Assembly (NCBI GenBank): GCA_001821395.1
Contig: MHLM01000014.1
Span: 174,381-238,380, forward strand
Direction: 5' to 3'
DNA from: Candidatus Lloydbacteria bacterium RIFCSPHIGHO2_02_FULL_50_18
GTDB taxonomy: Bacteria; Patescibacteriota; Minisyncoccia; Phycocordibacterales; UBA6899
DNA: 64,000 bases
A program made the translations under genes and the position numbers. The notes beneath the pieces were generated by a model, which made no database searches, had not been told where the DNA came from, and saw nothing but the letters and a program-made list of their open reading frames with translations. Positions 1 through 9,324 of the stretch are shown here, in pieces; the stretch's first letter is position 1; each line of letters begins with the position of its first letter.

Positions 1-168
1 TAATTAGATCAATCGTCAATTATGAACACTGGTTGGCAATACAGCTGAAGCAGGGCGTTTTCAAAAAATGCTAGACATGTTGGATGCTTATTCCGGCATA
101 GGATGGTGGAGAAAGAAGAATCAAAAGACACACGACAGCATCATGATGTAGCGTATCTTATGACTCGC

Positions 169-1305
169 TTATTTATAGTAGATGCCGCCAAGTATGCGTT
201 TACCGCGCGCGCCCGTTGCCTTGGGAAGGTTCCCCGGTCGCCGTAGCAGCGTCTGTTCTGCAAGCCATGCGAATGCAAGCGCTTCGACGTCTTGGGTGCC
301 GACATTGAGCTCGTCCGTCACCGTGATCCTTGCCTCCGGAATGAGCTCGCGCAATCGATTGCGTAGGGCAGAGTTCTGCGCTCCACCTCCGCAGCAATAG
401 ACCTCTGTCGTACCGCGGCAATAGGCGTGGATGGCGCCGGCGATGGCGTGCGCCGTAACGGCAAGTAGCGTCGCCTGCACGTCGCATGCTGTATATTCAG
501 GCTTCAGCGCGTGTTCATACCACGCAGCATTGAACAGGTCGCGCCCGCTCGATCTTGGCGGCTTCTTCTTGAAATAGGGGTCGGCGAGGAGCCGTGAGAG
601 AAGAGCGGGGATGACCGTACCCGACGCTGCCCATTTCCCGTTCTTATCGAATGCCATCTTTTTGTTCTTCCGTATCCATGAATCCATGAGCATATTACCC
701 GGTCCGGCATCAAATCCGATGGTCGCTTTGACGGGGTTGAGATCGGTGATATTCGCTATGCCGCCGATGTTCAGGATCACACGATGAACTCTGGGGTGAC
801 GAAACATGACATCGTGGAATGCCGGCACAAGCGGCGCACCTTCCCCACCCGCGGCAATGTCACGGCTACGAAAGTCGGAGACAACGGTGATGCCTGTTAA
901 TTCAGCAAGGAGAGAGGGATTATTGAGTTGCAGTGTAAAACCAAGATTCGGGCAATGCAGTATCGTCTGCCCGTGACATCCGATCGCCGAAATATTTTTG
1001 GCGGGAAGGTTGGCATTCGCGAGCACGGCGGTGATGCTTTTTGCATACAAATGCGCCAACCGGTTTGCGGTTTTCGCGGCAAGCGTGAGCGAGCCCGCTT
1101 TGTCTTCGTGGAGGAGAAGCAGCGTTTCACGGAGTCGTTTGTCGAATCGGACGAACGCTGTCGCACGCACGGTAAACGGAGACTTGCTTAAGTCGGCGAG
1201 AACGGCGTCCGCGCCATCGAGGCTCGTGCCCGACATGATGCCGATGTAGTATGCTCGTTTTGCTCGACTCATCTCTTCAGTGTACCCGCGCCAAAAGGAG
1301 CTCAC
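169..1305 (-). CDS. anmK: anhydro-N-acetylmuramic acid kinase
   Basis: 378 aa. N-terminal 'YIGIMSGTSLDGADAV' and overall length match the AnmK family (ASKHA fold). Confidence 0.8.
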   Translation of the reverse strand: MSSFWRGYTEEMSRAKRAYYIGIMSGTSLDGADAVLADLSKSPFTVRATAFVRFDKRLRETLLLLHEDKAGSLTLAAKTANRLAHLYAKSITAVLANANLPAKNISAIGCHGQTILHCPNLGFTLQLNNPSLLAELTGITVVSDFRSRDIAAGGEGAPLVPAFHDVMFRHPRVHRVILNIGGIANITDLNPVKATIGFDAGPGNMLMDSWIRKNKKMAFDKNGKWAASGTVIPALLSRLLADPYFKKKPPRSSGRDLFNAAWYEHALKPEYTACDVQATLLAVTAHAIAGAIHAYCRGTTEVYCCGGGAQNSALRNRLRELIPEARITVTDELNVGTQDVEALAFAWLAEQTLLRRPGNLPKATGARGKRILGGIYYK

Positions 1306-1351
1306 AAGGAGGGGTATTTCCGTTTCTCGGCGTGTGGCGAGGAAATGAGTC

Positions 1352-1915
1352 GTGTATACTGAGCAGGTGAGATCAAATTTAGAAAATTTTCAGATCGAAA
1401 CGGCGCGATTACTCCTTGTTCCCATCACCATGGAATATGCCGAGGAGATCTTTCGCGTATTCGATGATGAGATAACAAGGTATATGTACCCTGCGACGCC
1501 CGGCTCGATCGAGGATACGCGAATATTCATCAGAAAAAGTATCGAAGGATTCTCAAGAGGAGAAGAGATCGTGGCGGCAATTCTCACAAAAGACGCCCGT
1601 GAATTTATCGGAAATGTGGGTATCCATGACATCAACACGAGCACGCCCGAGCTAGGGATATGGATCAAGAAGGATGCGCATGGCCACGGTTATGGAAAAG
1701 AGGCGGTGACCGGACTTAAGGAATGGGCGGATACAGCGCTTGGCTATGAATATATCAAATATCCCGTCGTTGAGGAGAATATTCCAAGTAGGGCGATCGC
1801 GGAATCGCTGAATGGGAAAGAGGTACTGCGATATCCCAAAACAAACTTAAGCGGAGTAACACACGCGATGGTCGAGTATTATATTCATCCGAATGTACCT
1901 CATGCGCATCAGTAG
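1352..1915 (+). CDS. GNAT family N-acetyltransferase
   Basis: 187 aa. 'ARLLLVP' and 'HGHGYGKEAV' acetyl-CoA-binding-like motifs are typical of RimJ/RimL-type GNAT enzymes. Confidence 0.7.
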   Translation: MYTEQVRSNLENFQIETARLLLVPITMEYAEEIFRVFDDEITRYMYPATPGSIEDTRIFIRKSIEGFSRGEEIVAAILTKDAREFIGNVGIHDINTSTPELGIWIKKDAHGHGYGKEAVTGLKEWADTALGYEYIKYPVVEENIPSRAIAESLNGKEVLRYPKTNLSGVTHAMVEYYIHPNVPHAHQ

Positions 1916-1961
1916 TGTGTTGCTCTTGCAAAACATGTGTAAAATGCAGTAATGTATAGTA

Positions 1962-2474
1962 ATGACCAGTGAATCACTACATGCCGTCGAAGATGAAAGT
2001 GTGGGCCTGCAAATTACCAGGAGAGATTTCTTGAAAGGGGTGTGCGGCGGGTTGGCGCTCTCAGCGATCGGGCTTGATTCCGAGGCAGTGGAGAGTAAGG
2101 AAAAAGATGAGTCCCCGTTTGACCATGAGGTACAGAGGAGGCTATTGGGCTTTGTGGCAAAAACAATGGACGTCGTACTCGACACCGACGTCATATCGCT
2201 TCCCACCGTGGTAGAGGCGGAAACGATATCAGATGCAGATTTTAATCAGATGATAGGATTTGACACAGAAGGGCATCGTAATAATTTATTTTTTCCGCCA
2301 AGCTGCATATTGTTATTGAAGAAAAGCAAGGCGCACAGCCTCGTGCATGAATACGTGCATTATATTCAGTACAACTATAAGGGGTACACTGATGGAACGA
2401 CTGACGAGGTTGAAAATCAAGCGGTACGTATTCAAAATATATTTAGAGAAACAGGGGAAGGAGTTGTTCGTTGA
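1962..2474 (+). CDS. hypothetical protein with twin-arginine-like signal (RRDFLKG) and HExxH motif (HEYVH)
   Basis: 170 aa. N-terminal 'TRRDFLKGVCGGLALSAIG' resembles a Tat signal; 'SLVHEYVHYIQ' is a zincin-like HExxH. Confidence 0.45.
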   Translation: MTSESLHAVEDESVGLQITRRDFLKGVCGGLALSAIGLDSEAVESKEKDESPFDHEVQRRLLGFVAKTMDVVLDTDVISLPTVVEAETISDADFNQMIGFDTEGHRNNLFFPPSCILLLKKSKAHSLVHEYVHYIQYNYKGYTDGTTDEVENQAVRIQNIFRETGEGVVR

Positions 2475-2619
2475 GGCGGTGTTTGCTCCAACATGTAAAT
2501 GATCGTTTTGTCCCGTTTTGACATAATGGTAGATGGTCTTCATCTGGATTGCATAAGAAACGTAGTCATGCGAGTATTGTGAAAGGTGTGTTTTTTGTTC
2601 AACACTGAGGAGGTCTGAC

Positions 2620-3009
2620 GTGACCAACATAACTGAACGACTCGTGCGCCCGGAGCATATGAATGCGGCGGGTGCGCTTTTTGGGGGAGTCATCCTTGCG
2701 TGGATCGACGAAGCGGCTGCTATCGCTGCACGAAAACTTTTTCATACAACGAACTTCGCTACGGTGGCGATAACGGGGGGTATCTATTTTCGGCGCCCTA
2801 TTTTTCTTGGAGACCTCGTGTCACTCCAAAGTACGCTCGTGCGCGTGGGGAGAACATCGATCGCGTTTCAGGTCGATATCAACGTTTTCGACTCGAAAGA
2901 CCCAGCGCCCGTTTGCTCGGTGCAGGAGATCGTCTTTGTGCGGAAGGATGCACAAGGCACACCTTATCCTCACGGACTCTCTCCGCTGCTCATCACTCAC
3001 ACGCCGTAA
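2620..3009 (+). CDS. acyl-CoA thioesterase (hotdog fold, YciA-like)
   Basis: 129 aa. 'RPEHMNAAGALFGGVILAWIDEAA' is the characteristic acyl-CoA thioester hydrolase core. Confidence 0.8.
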   Translation: MTNITERLVRPEHMNAAGALFGGVILAWIDEAAAIAARKLFHTTNFATVAITGGIYFRRPIFLGDLVSLQSTLVRVGRTSIAFQVDINVFDSKDPAPVCSVQEIVFVRKDAQGTPYPHGLSPLLITHTP

Positions 3010-3024
3010 TATGTCGCGAAAAGT

Positions 3025-3049
3025 ACACCGACCTGCTCGGTGTTTTTTG
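3025..3049 (+). terminator. intrinsic terminator after the thioesterase gene
   Basis: Stem acaccga/tcggtgt with loop cctgc, followed by a TTTTTT tract. Confidence 0.6.
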
Positions 3050-3156
3050 TTGAAAAAATATTTTACAAATAAAAGCACACGACGTGTTGCCTCCTCGCGT
3101 GTGAACAGTATCAATCATTATACTTTTAGGTAAAGTTAATTCTTTTGCATGTTGGG

Positions 3157-3189
3157 AACAATAATAAACCCCACGCATGATGCGTGGGG
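3157..3189 (-). terminator. intrinsic terminator for the minus-strand membrane protein gene
   Basis: 9-bp stem ccccacgca/tgcgtgggg with loop tga. On the minus strand the hairpin is followed by a T-rich tract (tttattattgtt). Confidence 0.55.
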
Positions 3190-3198
3190 TGCGATAAA

Positions 3199-3762
3199 CT
3201 ATATTTGCCTGCGGAGGATCAGGATGATCACTCCGCTTTGGATAAAAAAGAATGCGATCGGTGTGAGTGCGTATGCGATGGTCATCGAGGGGATCGCAAG
3301 TACACCGAGTGTTGCGGCAAGGAGTCCGTAGAGCCAGCCCCTAAGCGGTTCGTTGTGCGGGTCTTTCCAGAGGTTGATCAGCATCGGTATCGAACCAACG
3401 ATGTTCGCAACGACACTGATGGTGATCGCCACGTTTGCATTACCCGAGAAATACCACCCGACCAACGCCAGGATCACGAGTCCGAAGCAGAAGCTGTCGA
3501 GCTTCTTCCACTCGATCGTCACCTTTTTTACGCCGCAGAGGATGACGATGAGTCCGGTCCCTGCGAAGTAGACGTACATTTGCCGGACAATAGAGTCCTT
3601 CGCGATCATCCCTGCCAAAATGACTGCATCAACGATGAGCCATGAGAGCCACGTAGAGAGAGTTGGTCTCGACGTACCACTAAGGATGGAGCGAATGTAT
3701 GGGACGTATGCCCACACTACGGCGACTATCGCCAGTGCGGTAAAGAAAGAAACACGGTCCAT
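3199..3762 (-). CDS. hypothetical polytopic membrane protein
   Basis: Start chosen at internal ATG (MDRVSFF...) preceded by an AGGGAG-like RBS. At least five hydrophobic segments. The ORF-track upstream extension lacks an RBS. Confidence 0.5.
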   Translation of the reverse strand: MDRVSFFTALAIVAVVWAYVPYIRSILSGTSRPTLSTWLSWLIVDAVILAGMIAKDSIVRQMYVYFAGTGLIVILCGVKKVTIEWKKLDSFCFGLVILALVGWYFSGNANVAITISVVANIVGSIPMLINLWKDPHNEPLRGWLYGLLAATLGVLAIPSMTIAYALTPIAFFFIQSGVIILILRRQI

Positions 3763-3906
3763 AGAGATTCTCCCTAGGTGTTGTTGTGAAGGTGCGTTTG
3801 CTTGACAATGCATTATGTAAACGAAAAAGTCAAACATGAAAAAGTATCTGCAGGCGGACCCTGAAAGAAGAAACGCCCTGCGCATGAAGCGCAGGGCGAG
3901 GATCGA

Positions 3907-4161
3907 TCAATAAGACGTATCACCTTTTGAATTGAGAGAAACATATTCCGGGATGAGTCCCGTTTTGCGCAGCTCTCGCGAGAGTTCCTTGAGGGTGGCG
4001 CCGCTTGCGCGCGCGAGCTCCGTCTTCTTTCCGGCTTCGTCGATCTGATAGATGACGCCTTTTTTGCCGCTACTGCCCTTGCGTCCGCCGCCGATAGCGC
4101 CGTTGCCTTTGCGTTTTGCGGTGATGGTCACAATTCTACCCAACATTGCTCGTTCGCGCAT
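3907..4161 (-). CDS. small basic hypothetical protein (Gly/Lys-rich)
   Basis: 84 aa, 'KRKGNGAIGGGRKGSSGKKG', no family recognised. Compact ORF sitting between two terminated genes. Confidence 0.35.
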   Translation of the reverse strand: MRERAMLGRIVTITAKRKGNGAIGGGRKGSSGKKGVIYQIDEAGKKTELARASGATLKELSRELRKTGLIPEYVSLNSKGDTSY

Positions 4162-4304
4162 TGATTACTCCTTGGTTGTACAGACTTGCTAGCCCCCATG
4201 TTACGTATTTTTGATGATTTGTCGAGCATTTCCATCAGGTGAACGTGCAGCAGAGAAGCATGCCGAAGACATACGGCAAACATATTTTTAGATGCTCGTG
4301 AATG

Positions 4305-4868
4305 CTATTTTTGTTCGATCTTCATCTTTTCGGCAAGACGAACCGGCAGCATGCGTATGAGCGTTTCGTCATGAGTAACATAGTGATGATAGAGTGCCGC
4401 GAAGACATGCACGAGAACGAGTAATACGATGATCACACCGAGCAGGGAATGCATTGCTCCGAGCTGTGGCGCCGATATCCCGGGAATGATAAGCGGAGAA
4501 AAAGAATAGAGTCCAAAAAAACTGACGGCCAATGCCCGAGAGGATGCCCATGCCCACCCCAAAATAGGCATAGCTATTAGTGAAATATAAAGGGCGTAGT
4601 GCATCGCATTCGCGAGTGGTTCAGTATGTATGCTCACGTCAGACTTACTCGTTACGAATGGACGTAAGTGTATAATGGCCCACATCCCGCGCAACATGAT
4701 CACCCCGATAATAAGCAGCCCAAAAGAGAAGTGCAGATCGGTGAGCGTGCTCACGTCAGTTTCGCCGCGCATTTCAGGCATGGCCGCTGCGACGAGAAAT
4801 TCAATTGCTACAAGTAAAAAAACAAGCCAGTGAAACATCTTTGAAATTGGGTCGTATTTTTCTTTCAT
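4305..4868 (-). CDS. cytochrome b561 family protein (CybB-like)
   Basis: 187 aa. 'MFHWLVFLL', four TM segments with conserved His residues, C-terminal 'LIRMLP', as in Ni/Fe-hydrogenase b-type cytochrome / cytochrome b561. Confidence 0.7.
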   Translation of the reverse strand: MKEKYDPISKMFHWLVFLLVAIEFLVAAAMPEMRGETDVSTLTDLHFSFGLLIIGVIMLRGMWAIIHLRPFVTSKSDVSIHTEPLANAMHYALYISLIAMPILGWAWASSRALAVSFFGLYSFSPLIIPGISAPQLGAMHSLLGVIIVLLVLVHVFAALYHHYVTHDETLIRMLPVRLAEKMKIEQK

Positions 4869-4960
4869 ATTATTATAGTGTTACGCTTCATTATATCACT
4901 GATCTTCTCTTGAAGTCTCTCCTGTATTGTGAAAAATCTCGGTCGGTGTATTATGCATTC

Positions 4961-5401
4961 ATGAACAAAGAGATGCAGGGATCGGAGGTGGACGCGAATG
5001 AGCTACCAGAGGAAACGGCCGCAATTATTGAGCGCGAGCCGCCTTATTCGTATGAGGGGTATATCGCACTGGGCGGACGTATCGACGAAGAGAATTATCA
5101 GCGAGTGATGAAAAGGGCGAGCGAAGAGTCGAGTCATTTCAGAGTGAACCAACTGAGAGATCAAACTAGGTCTACTGCGGACGTCTCCGGAATTTCTCTT
5201 GATGTGGTCCGGGATGAGGCCGGTATTGATCCGAGGTGTATATACGAAATTTTAAGATATGACGTGAAGCCTGCTGACGTGAAAGACCATCATAGTCAAA
5301 TGTGCGACCAGCAACTCTTGGTAGAATCGCTCCGTATGTTGGAGCAAGGGAGTGCAGCACAGGCGATCATCGATAGGCACCCACACATTTCTTTTAACTG
5401 A
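4961..5401 (+). CDS. hypothetical protein
   Basis: Internal ATG (MNKEMQGSEV...) chosen, since the longer ORF overlaps the cytochrome b561 gene. Followed by a terminator at 5442-5470. Confidence 0.4.
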   Translation: MNKEMQGSEVDANELPEETAAIIEREPPYSYEGYIALGGRIDEENYQRVMKRASEESSHFRVNQLRDQTRSTADVSGISLDVVRDEAGIDPRCIYEILRYDVKPADVKDHHSQMCDQQLLVESLRMLEQGSAAQAIIDRHPHISFN

Positions 5402-5441
5402 TCGGGAATTCGCTCCGTACTTGTTTGGACGCAATGAGAAA

Positions 5442-5470
5442 CCCCGCAATATTGGCGGGGCTTTCTTTTG
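5442..5470 (+). terminator. intrinsic terminator
   Basis: Stem ccccgc/gcgggg with loop aatattg, then ctttcttttg. Confidence 0.6.
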
Positions 5471-5519
5471 TGCGAAAACGCACGGTTCACGGTGAGAGAA
5501 AATTCTTTGTGACAGGTGG

Positions 5520-5945
5520 CTACTTCCGTGCGAAGTGCTTTGTCTCATGGTACGTATCGTAATCGGCGGTCAGCTCTTCGCCTGCTTTCACGTCGCGCAT
5601 CGTGATGAAGGTTTCACCCTTGTCGAGGGTCGTCATGTTCGGCTTTTTTGAGTGATTGAGAAAATAGTTTTTTGTCAGCGCATCAATTCCGTAGTCCGGT
5701 ACGAAATAAACACCATCTTGCAGTGCGCAAAAATCGCGCACGAGTTCCTTTGCTTCCTCCGGCGCGTCAAATCGATCAAGGTCGCACTTGGGGATCTTGA
5801 GTACGTCGCCGCAAGGGTCCGCATTTTTGAAGGGGTCTGTTCCTTTAGGAATCATGCGAATGGCAACCACTCCGACACCGTGCTTGGTGATCCCGAGCCG
5901 GCAATACACATCACGGAGCGCAGTGAGGAACGACTTTTTATTCAT
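5520..5945 (-). CDS. SET domain protein (putative protein-lysine methyltransferase)
   Basis: 'GVGVVAIRMIPKGT' N-SET start, 'YFLNHSKKPNM' (NHSCxPN-like) and 'GEELTADY' (ELTxDY) are SET-domain signatures. Start set at the internal Met. Confidence 0.65.
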   Translation of the reverse strand: MNKKSFLTALRDVYCRLGITKHGVGVVAIRMIPKGTDPFKNADPCGDVLKIPKCDLDRFDAPEEAKELVRDFCALQDGVYFVPDYGIDALTKNYFLNHSKKPNMTTLDKGETFITMRDVKAGEELTADYDTYHETKHFARK

Positions 5946-6001
5946 GAGATAGAGTATACCGTAATTGAGAAAAGAGAGAACAGACATGATACAATCTTTT
6001 T

Positions 6002-6238
6002 ATGTACGAGCCATCAAAACATCCGAACAATCCGTTGCACGGAAAAACGCTGCAGATGGTACTTGAGTATCTCCTTGAACAGTACGGCTGGGAGGAACTG
6101 GGAAAACGCATCAGTATCAAGTGCTTTATGTTGAATCCGAGTATCAAATCGAGTCTGACATTCTTGCGCAAGACCCCATGGGCACGGGAAAAAGTTGAAG
6201 GACTCTATTTGGAGACGGTTAGCAGGAATTATCAATGA
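6002..6238 (+). CDS. DUF2132 (VF530-like) small conserved protein
   Basis: 78 aa. '[31 protein letters not shown]...[13 protein letters not shown]' matches the DUF2132 family as I recall it. Confidence 0.55.
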   Translation: MYEPSKHPNNPLHGKTLQMVLEYLLEQYGWEELGKRISIKCFMLNPSIKSSLTFLRKTPWAREKVEGLYLETVSRNYQ

Positions 6239-6292
6239 TCCTCCTGCGGCGTTTGTGCACGGTGCTTGCATAAATAAAAAAAGTAGGAAAGA

Positions 6293-6622
6293 ATGGAGCA
6301 TATGTCAAAGAACCCAGGTGAATCGGTACCCGAGGAAGTCCCCAAAGCAAAGCGTGATATGACGAGTAAGCTCGATATTCTTAATACGCAGATCAATGGA
6401 CAACTCACTGAGGGGAACCCTGATGCGGAGCTTGATGTTGAAGATTGCGTCAGAGCGGCGGAAGATATGCTCGATCTCCTCGAGGCTGAAAACGCTGAGG
6501 GTCGCAAACCTTATAAGGATGATGTTGATGCGATCTTGAAGAAACTGAATACCGCGATCGCTATTTCCAACGAACCCTACGCGCGTGAATTGCGCAAGAG
6601 GCTTTTGATGCGATTTGGCTAG
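6293..6622 (+). CDS. hypothetical acidic protein upstream of sufB
   Basis: 109 aa, Asp/Glu-rich, no recognisable family. Confidence 0.4.
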   Translation: MEHMSKNPGESVPEEVPKAKRDMTSKLDILNTQINGQLTEGNPDAELDVEDCVRAAEDMLDLLEAENAEGRKPYKDDVDAILKKLNTAIAISNEPYARELRKRLLMRFG

Positions 6623-6770
6623 CAAGAATGATGACGATATTGAGGGGGATGTCCCTTTTAGTCTGCCGTCATTTTTCATTGGCGGTTGCCAGGCCACGAT
6701 GTCGCAACCCACTTTTCGGGGTGATTTCGGTTGCAAAATTACATTAAATCCGTATACTGTCAAGCACAAT

Positions 6771-8135
6771 ATGCCTAAAACAAATGCGGCAAAGAACAAT
6801 ACACTGAGCGATGTCGGACCGACGGAGGCGCTTGTTCGGCAGATATCCGCGACAAAAAAAGAGCCCGATTGGATGCTCGAGCTGCGTCTTCGCGCTCTTG
6901 CGCTATGGCGTGAGACAGCGATGCCGAACTGGGGACCTGATCTTTCCGGGCTCGACCTCGACGGGATGACCTACTATGCGGATCCGAACGTGAAAGAGAC
7001 TGACGACTGGAAAGAACTGCCGAAAGAGATCACCGATACATTCGAAAAATTGGGTATCCCGAAAGCGGAGCGGGATTACTTGGGAGGGGTTGGTGCACAA
7101 TTCGACTCAGGAATCGTTTACCATCGTATCCAAGACTCGCTCGCAAAGAAGGGGGTGATTTTTGAGAACATGGATGTCGCACTACAAAAGTATCCCGAAA
7201 TGGTGAAGGAGCATTTTATGACGAAGTGTGTTCCGATCAATGACCACAAGTTCATCATGCTTCACGCTGCCGTTTGGAGCGGTGGGACATTCATCTATGT
7301 GCCGAAGGGCGTGTCAGTCGAGCTTCCGCTCCAAGCATATTTTCGCATGAACAAAGCGCGCTCGGCGCAGTTTGAGCATACGCTCATCATCGCCGACGAA
7401 GGTTCCGAGATCACGTATATCGAGGGGTGTTCCGCGCCGCAATACACCGAGTCGTCACTCCATGCCGGTTGTGTAGAGCTATGGGTGAAGAAGAATGCGA
7501 AGATCAAATACATCAGCGTCGAGAACTGGTCCAAGAACACCTATAATTTGAATACAAAAAAAGCGCTCGTATTCGAGCGGGGACTTGTGGAGTGGGTGAA
7601 CGGAAATATGGGTTCGCGTGCGACAATGCTCTATCCCTCATCGGTCCTATTGGAACGCGGTGCGCGCTGTGAATCGCTCGGCATCGTGATGGCCAATGCG
7701 GGGCAGGTGCAAGACACGGGGTCGAAGGCGACACACGTTGGGCCCGAGACGGTTTCCGTCATTCGTTCGAAATCAGTTTCGAAGGGTGGGGGAGTGTCCA
7801 ATTATCGAGGAATTGTAAAAATTTTACCCGGTGCGACGGACGCACAGTCGAGCGTCTCATGTGATGCGCTCATCCTGGACGATCTTTCTATTTCAAACAC
7901 CTATCCGTCGATGAAAAACCAGAACGAAACCGCCGACCTTTCTCATGAAGCGCGTGTTGGACGTATTGGTGAAGAGGAAGTATTTTATTTACGCTCTCGC
8001 GGTTATTCGGAAGATGAAGCCCTCCGCCTCATCGTCGGGGGGTTCATGGAGCCGATCGTCAAAGCCCTTCCGCTCGAATATGCGGTAGAACTCAATAAAT
8101 TAATAGAATTAGAAATGGATAACAGTGTCGGATAA
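6771..8135 (+). CDS. sufB: Fe-S cluster assembly protein SufB
   Basis: Strong SufB similarity from '...EPDWMLELRLRALALW...' through the C-terminus. Start uncertain: the ORF track begins at a TTG (6615); in-frame ATGs are at 6699 and 6771. 6771 was chosen by alignment with typical SufB N-termini. Confidence 0.85.
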   Translation: MPKTNAAKNNTLSDVGPTEALVRQISATKKEPDWMLELRLRALALWRETAMPNWGPDLSGLDLDGMTYYADPNVKETDDWKELPKEITDTFEKLGIPKAERDYLGGVGAQFDSGIVYHRIQDSLAKKGVIFENMDVALQKYPEMVKEHFMTKCVPINDHKFIMLHAAVWSGGTFIYVPKGVSVELPLQAYFRMNKARSAQFEHTLIIADEGSEITYIEGCSAPQYTESSLHAGCVELWVKKNAKIKYISVENWSKNTYNLNTKKALVFERGLVEWVNGNMGSRATMLYPSSVLLERGARCESLGIVMANAGQVQDTGSKATHVGPETVSVIRSKSVSKGGGVSNYRGIVKILPGATDAQSSVSCDALILDDLSISNTYPSMKNQNETADLSHEARVGRIGEEEVFYLRSRGYSEDEALRLIVGGFMEPIVKALPLEYAVELNKLIELEMDNSVG

Positions 8136-9324
8136 TATTTTACAGCTTACAAATATTTCAAGCGCACTCAAAGAACCTGAGTGGCTTTTGGCTTGGCGGA
8201 AAAAGCAGACGACACTTTCGTCAGTACTTCCGAAAGCCATTAAGCATGGCATTGGCATTTCCGCGCTATTTCCAGAGATCGAGCCCGACTTCAGTGCAGT
8301 TGCGGACTATCATGTCGATACGACGAAGGGTCTTGAGATCTATACATGGAGTGAGGCCGTGACTCAAGAGGAAGTCGAGCCGATACTCAAAGGTCTTTTG
8401 GAGAGTGCATTCTTTCCCGCACCGAAAGACTTTTTCCGCGCGAAAGGGCAGGCGCTCTTTGCGTCGGGGCTTGTGGTCTACGTCCAGCCCAATATGGCGG
8501 ATGACGGAACATTCATTACGGAAAAACTTACACTTGATACGATGCTTCCAACAGGCTCATCCTCGGATATCATCGTGGTTATCATAAAAGAAGGGGCGAA
8601 GTGCGATCTCACGCTCAATACGAGCGGAGGAGCATTCGGGAGTATGCATTCACGGACGCTTGTTGTGGTGACCGAGGCGGATAGTATCGTGCGTGTCACA
8701 AAGAATGATCGGCTGGAGTCCGGAGCGATGGCGATGCATTTTTCGCGCGGAGTGGTCGCGGGTAATTCGCATATCGTTTGGCGTGAAATCCTCGGTGGGG
8801 ATATGCTCGTGTCTTCCGTTACGAATAATCTCCTCATCGGAAGCGGGGCAAACGCAACAGTACTTCAGGCGCTCATTGCGCGTGACCACGGCGAGTTTGA
8901 CGTTGATGTCTCCGCGGAGCATTTGGCGGATGATACGCATTCAGCAATCTGTACCGCAGGAACGGGCGCTGATACATCGAAGATCCTTTACCGAGGACTT
9001 GTTTCCATGAAAGAGGGTGTACATAGGGTGGCGGGTGCACAAGAGGCAAAATTCCTCATGCTTACGCCGGGAGCGAAGATCGATGCGATACCTTCGCTCG
9101 ATGTGGCGTCGAATGACGTTGCGTGTGCCCATAAGCTTTCGATATCGCACGTACGCGAAGGGGATATGTTCTATCCGAAACTGCGCGGACTTGGTGACGA
9201 TGAGAGCCGCGCACTCTTTTTGGAAGCGCATTTTGCGCATGTATTCTCAGGGGAAGAAAATGCGGATATACTGAATATCATCACACCACTCTTTTTGGGA
9301 GGATCATCATCACATGCCGCTTGA
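8125..9324 (+). CDS. sufD: Fe-S cluster assembly protein SufD
   Basis: 399 aa beta-helix SufBD-family protein. Overlaps the sufB stop by 11 nt (translational coupling). Confidence 0.8.
   Translation: MSDNILQLTNISSALKEPEWLLAWRKKQTTLSSVLPKAIKHGIGISALFPEIEPDFSAVADYHVDTTKGLEIYTWSEAVTQEEVEPILKGLLESAFFPAPKDFFRAKGQALFASGLVVYVQPNMADDGTFITEKLTLDTMLPTGSSSDIIVVIIKEGAKCDLTLNTSGGAFGSMHSRTLVVVTEADSIVRVTKNDRLESGAMAMHFSRGVVAGNSHIVWREILGGDMLVSSVTNNLLIGSGANATVLQALIARDHGEFDVDVSAEHLADDTHSAICTAGTGADTSKILYRGLVSMKEGVHRVAGAQEAKFLMLTPGAKIDAIPSLDVASNDVACAHKLSISHVREGDMFYPKLRGLGDDESRALFLEAHFAHVFSGEENADILNIITPLFLGGSSSHAA

Noticed and set aside
4805-4960. Upstream extension of the hypothetical gene 4961-5401 overlapping the cytochrome b561 gene
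   Set aside because: The overlap with a well-supported minus-strand gene, together with the internal Met at a sensible intergenic position, makes the shorter form more plausible.
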